Assembly: GCA_963677495.2 (NCBI GenBank)
Contig: CAXXOU010000004.1
Coordinates: 288,001 to 352,000, forward strand
DNA from: Candidatus Cloacimonadales bacterium
GTDB taxonomy: Bacteria; Cloacimonadota; Cloacimonadia; Cloacimonadales; JAFGVF01
DNA: 64,000 nt
Direction: 5' to 3'
The notes below the pieces were generated by a model, which saw only the letters and a program-made list of their open reading frames with translations, ran no database searches and had not been told where the DNA came from. Both the position numbers and the translations under genes were made by a program. The first letter of the stretch is position 1, and each line of letters begins with the position of its first letter. Of this stretch, positions 63,544 to 64,000 are shown piece after piece.

Positions 63544-63999
63544 CTACTTAATCATCTTCTTTATTGCTTGATCTATCTCATCTACAAAGTAAGTTGGTGC
63601 ATATAGATGAGGTTGGTCAACTTCAATTAACTGCTTTGGCTCGTTCGCATTCTCAAAGAGCTTTTTACCCATCCAGAGTGGTATCACTTGGTCATCTTCA
63701 CTATGTACGATTACAATAGGAATATTTACTTCTCTAATAGCTTTATAAGCAGGTATTTTCTCACGTATAATCGGTTTCACATTGAAACCTACAAACTCAC
63801 TGGCAATCTCCTTATGTGAAGAGAAAGCACCTTCTGTAACTAATCCGCTTAAGAGCTCTTGGTGCTGTGAACCAATAACAATAGATAAGTGCCCCCCATA
63901 GGACTGACCGTACAATATCAGCTTCGTATCTTTCACATCACTTCGTTTAGATACATAGTTAATTGCTGAAACTCCATCCTTTAGTAGATGCTTTCGTAA
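63544..63999 (-). CDS. Alpha/beta hydrolase, 5' truncated by window edge
   Basis: GQSYGG nucleophile elbow, HSEDDQVIP, downstream His; frame open to the window end. Confidence 0.85.
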   Translation of the reverse strand, partial: LRKHLLKDGVSAINYVSKRSDVKDTKLILYGQSYGGHLSIVIGSQHQELLSGLVTEGAFSSHKEIASEFVGFNVKPIIREKIPAYKAIREVNIPIVIVHSEDDQVIPLWMGKKLFENANEPKQLIEVDQPHLYAPTYFVDEIDQAIKKMIK

Positions 64000-64000
64000 A

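Overview
AT-rich bacterial chromosomal window. Canonical TTGACA-type promoters, strong GGAGG ribosome-binding sites, LPS genes and several secreted proteins ending in 'YPNPFN...IYNIKGQ' sorting domains point to a non-Bacteroidota FCB-group bacterium. Cloacimonadota is my inference, not proven. In order, it holds: the 3' part of a giant Ig/cadherin-repeat surface protein with a PorP/SprF-like LysM partner; a compact, apparently intact type II-C CRISPR-Cas9 locus (17 repeats, cas2-cas1-cas9, tracrRNA) bracketed by identical 25-bp direct repeats; LPS glycosyltransferases (one frameshifted) coupled to a Dna2-like nuclease-helicase; beta-propeller lipoproteins; a stand-alone EF-G; two multi-PAS histidine kinases; fba-gap; an AraC/GyrI regulator; a sugar-nucleotide/waaA operon; GLUG-like proteins; purH; an ABC exporter; ackA; and several families of non-coding repeats. 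The top finding is a hidden selenoprotein candidate. The 903-aa ORF at 57843-60554 extends to an ATG at 60731 through an in-frame UGA in a U-G-F-C motif, followed by an fdhF-like SECIS hairpin. This gives a 962-aa secreted Omp28/thioredoxin-fold adhesin-domain protein. Each CRISPR repeat also carries a full -35/-10 promoter-like sequence, and intergenic DNA contains 11-bp-phased palindromic arrays with three different cores.
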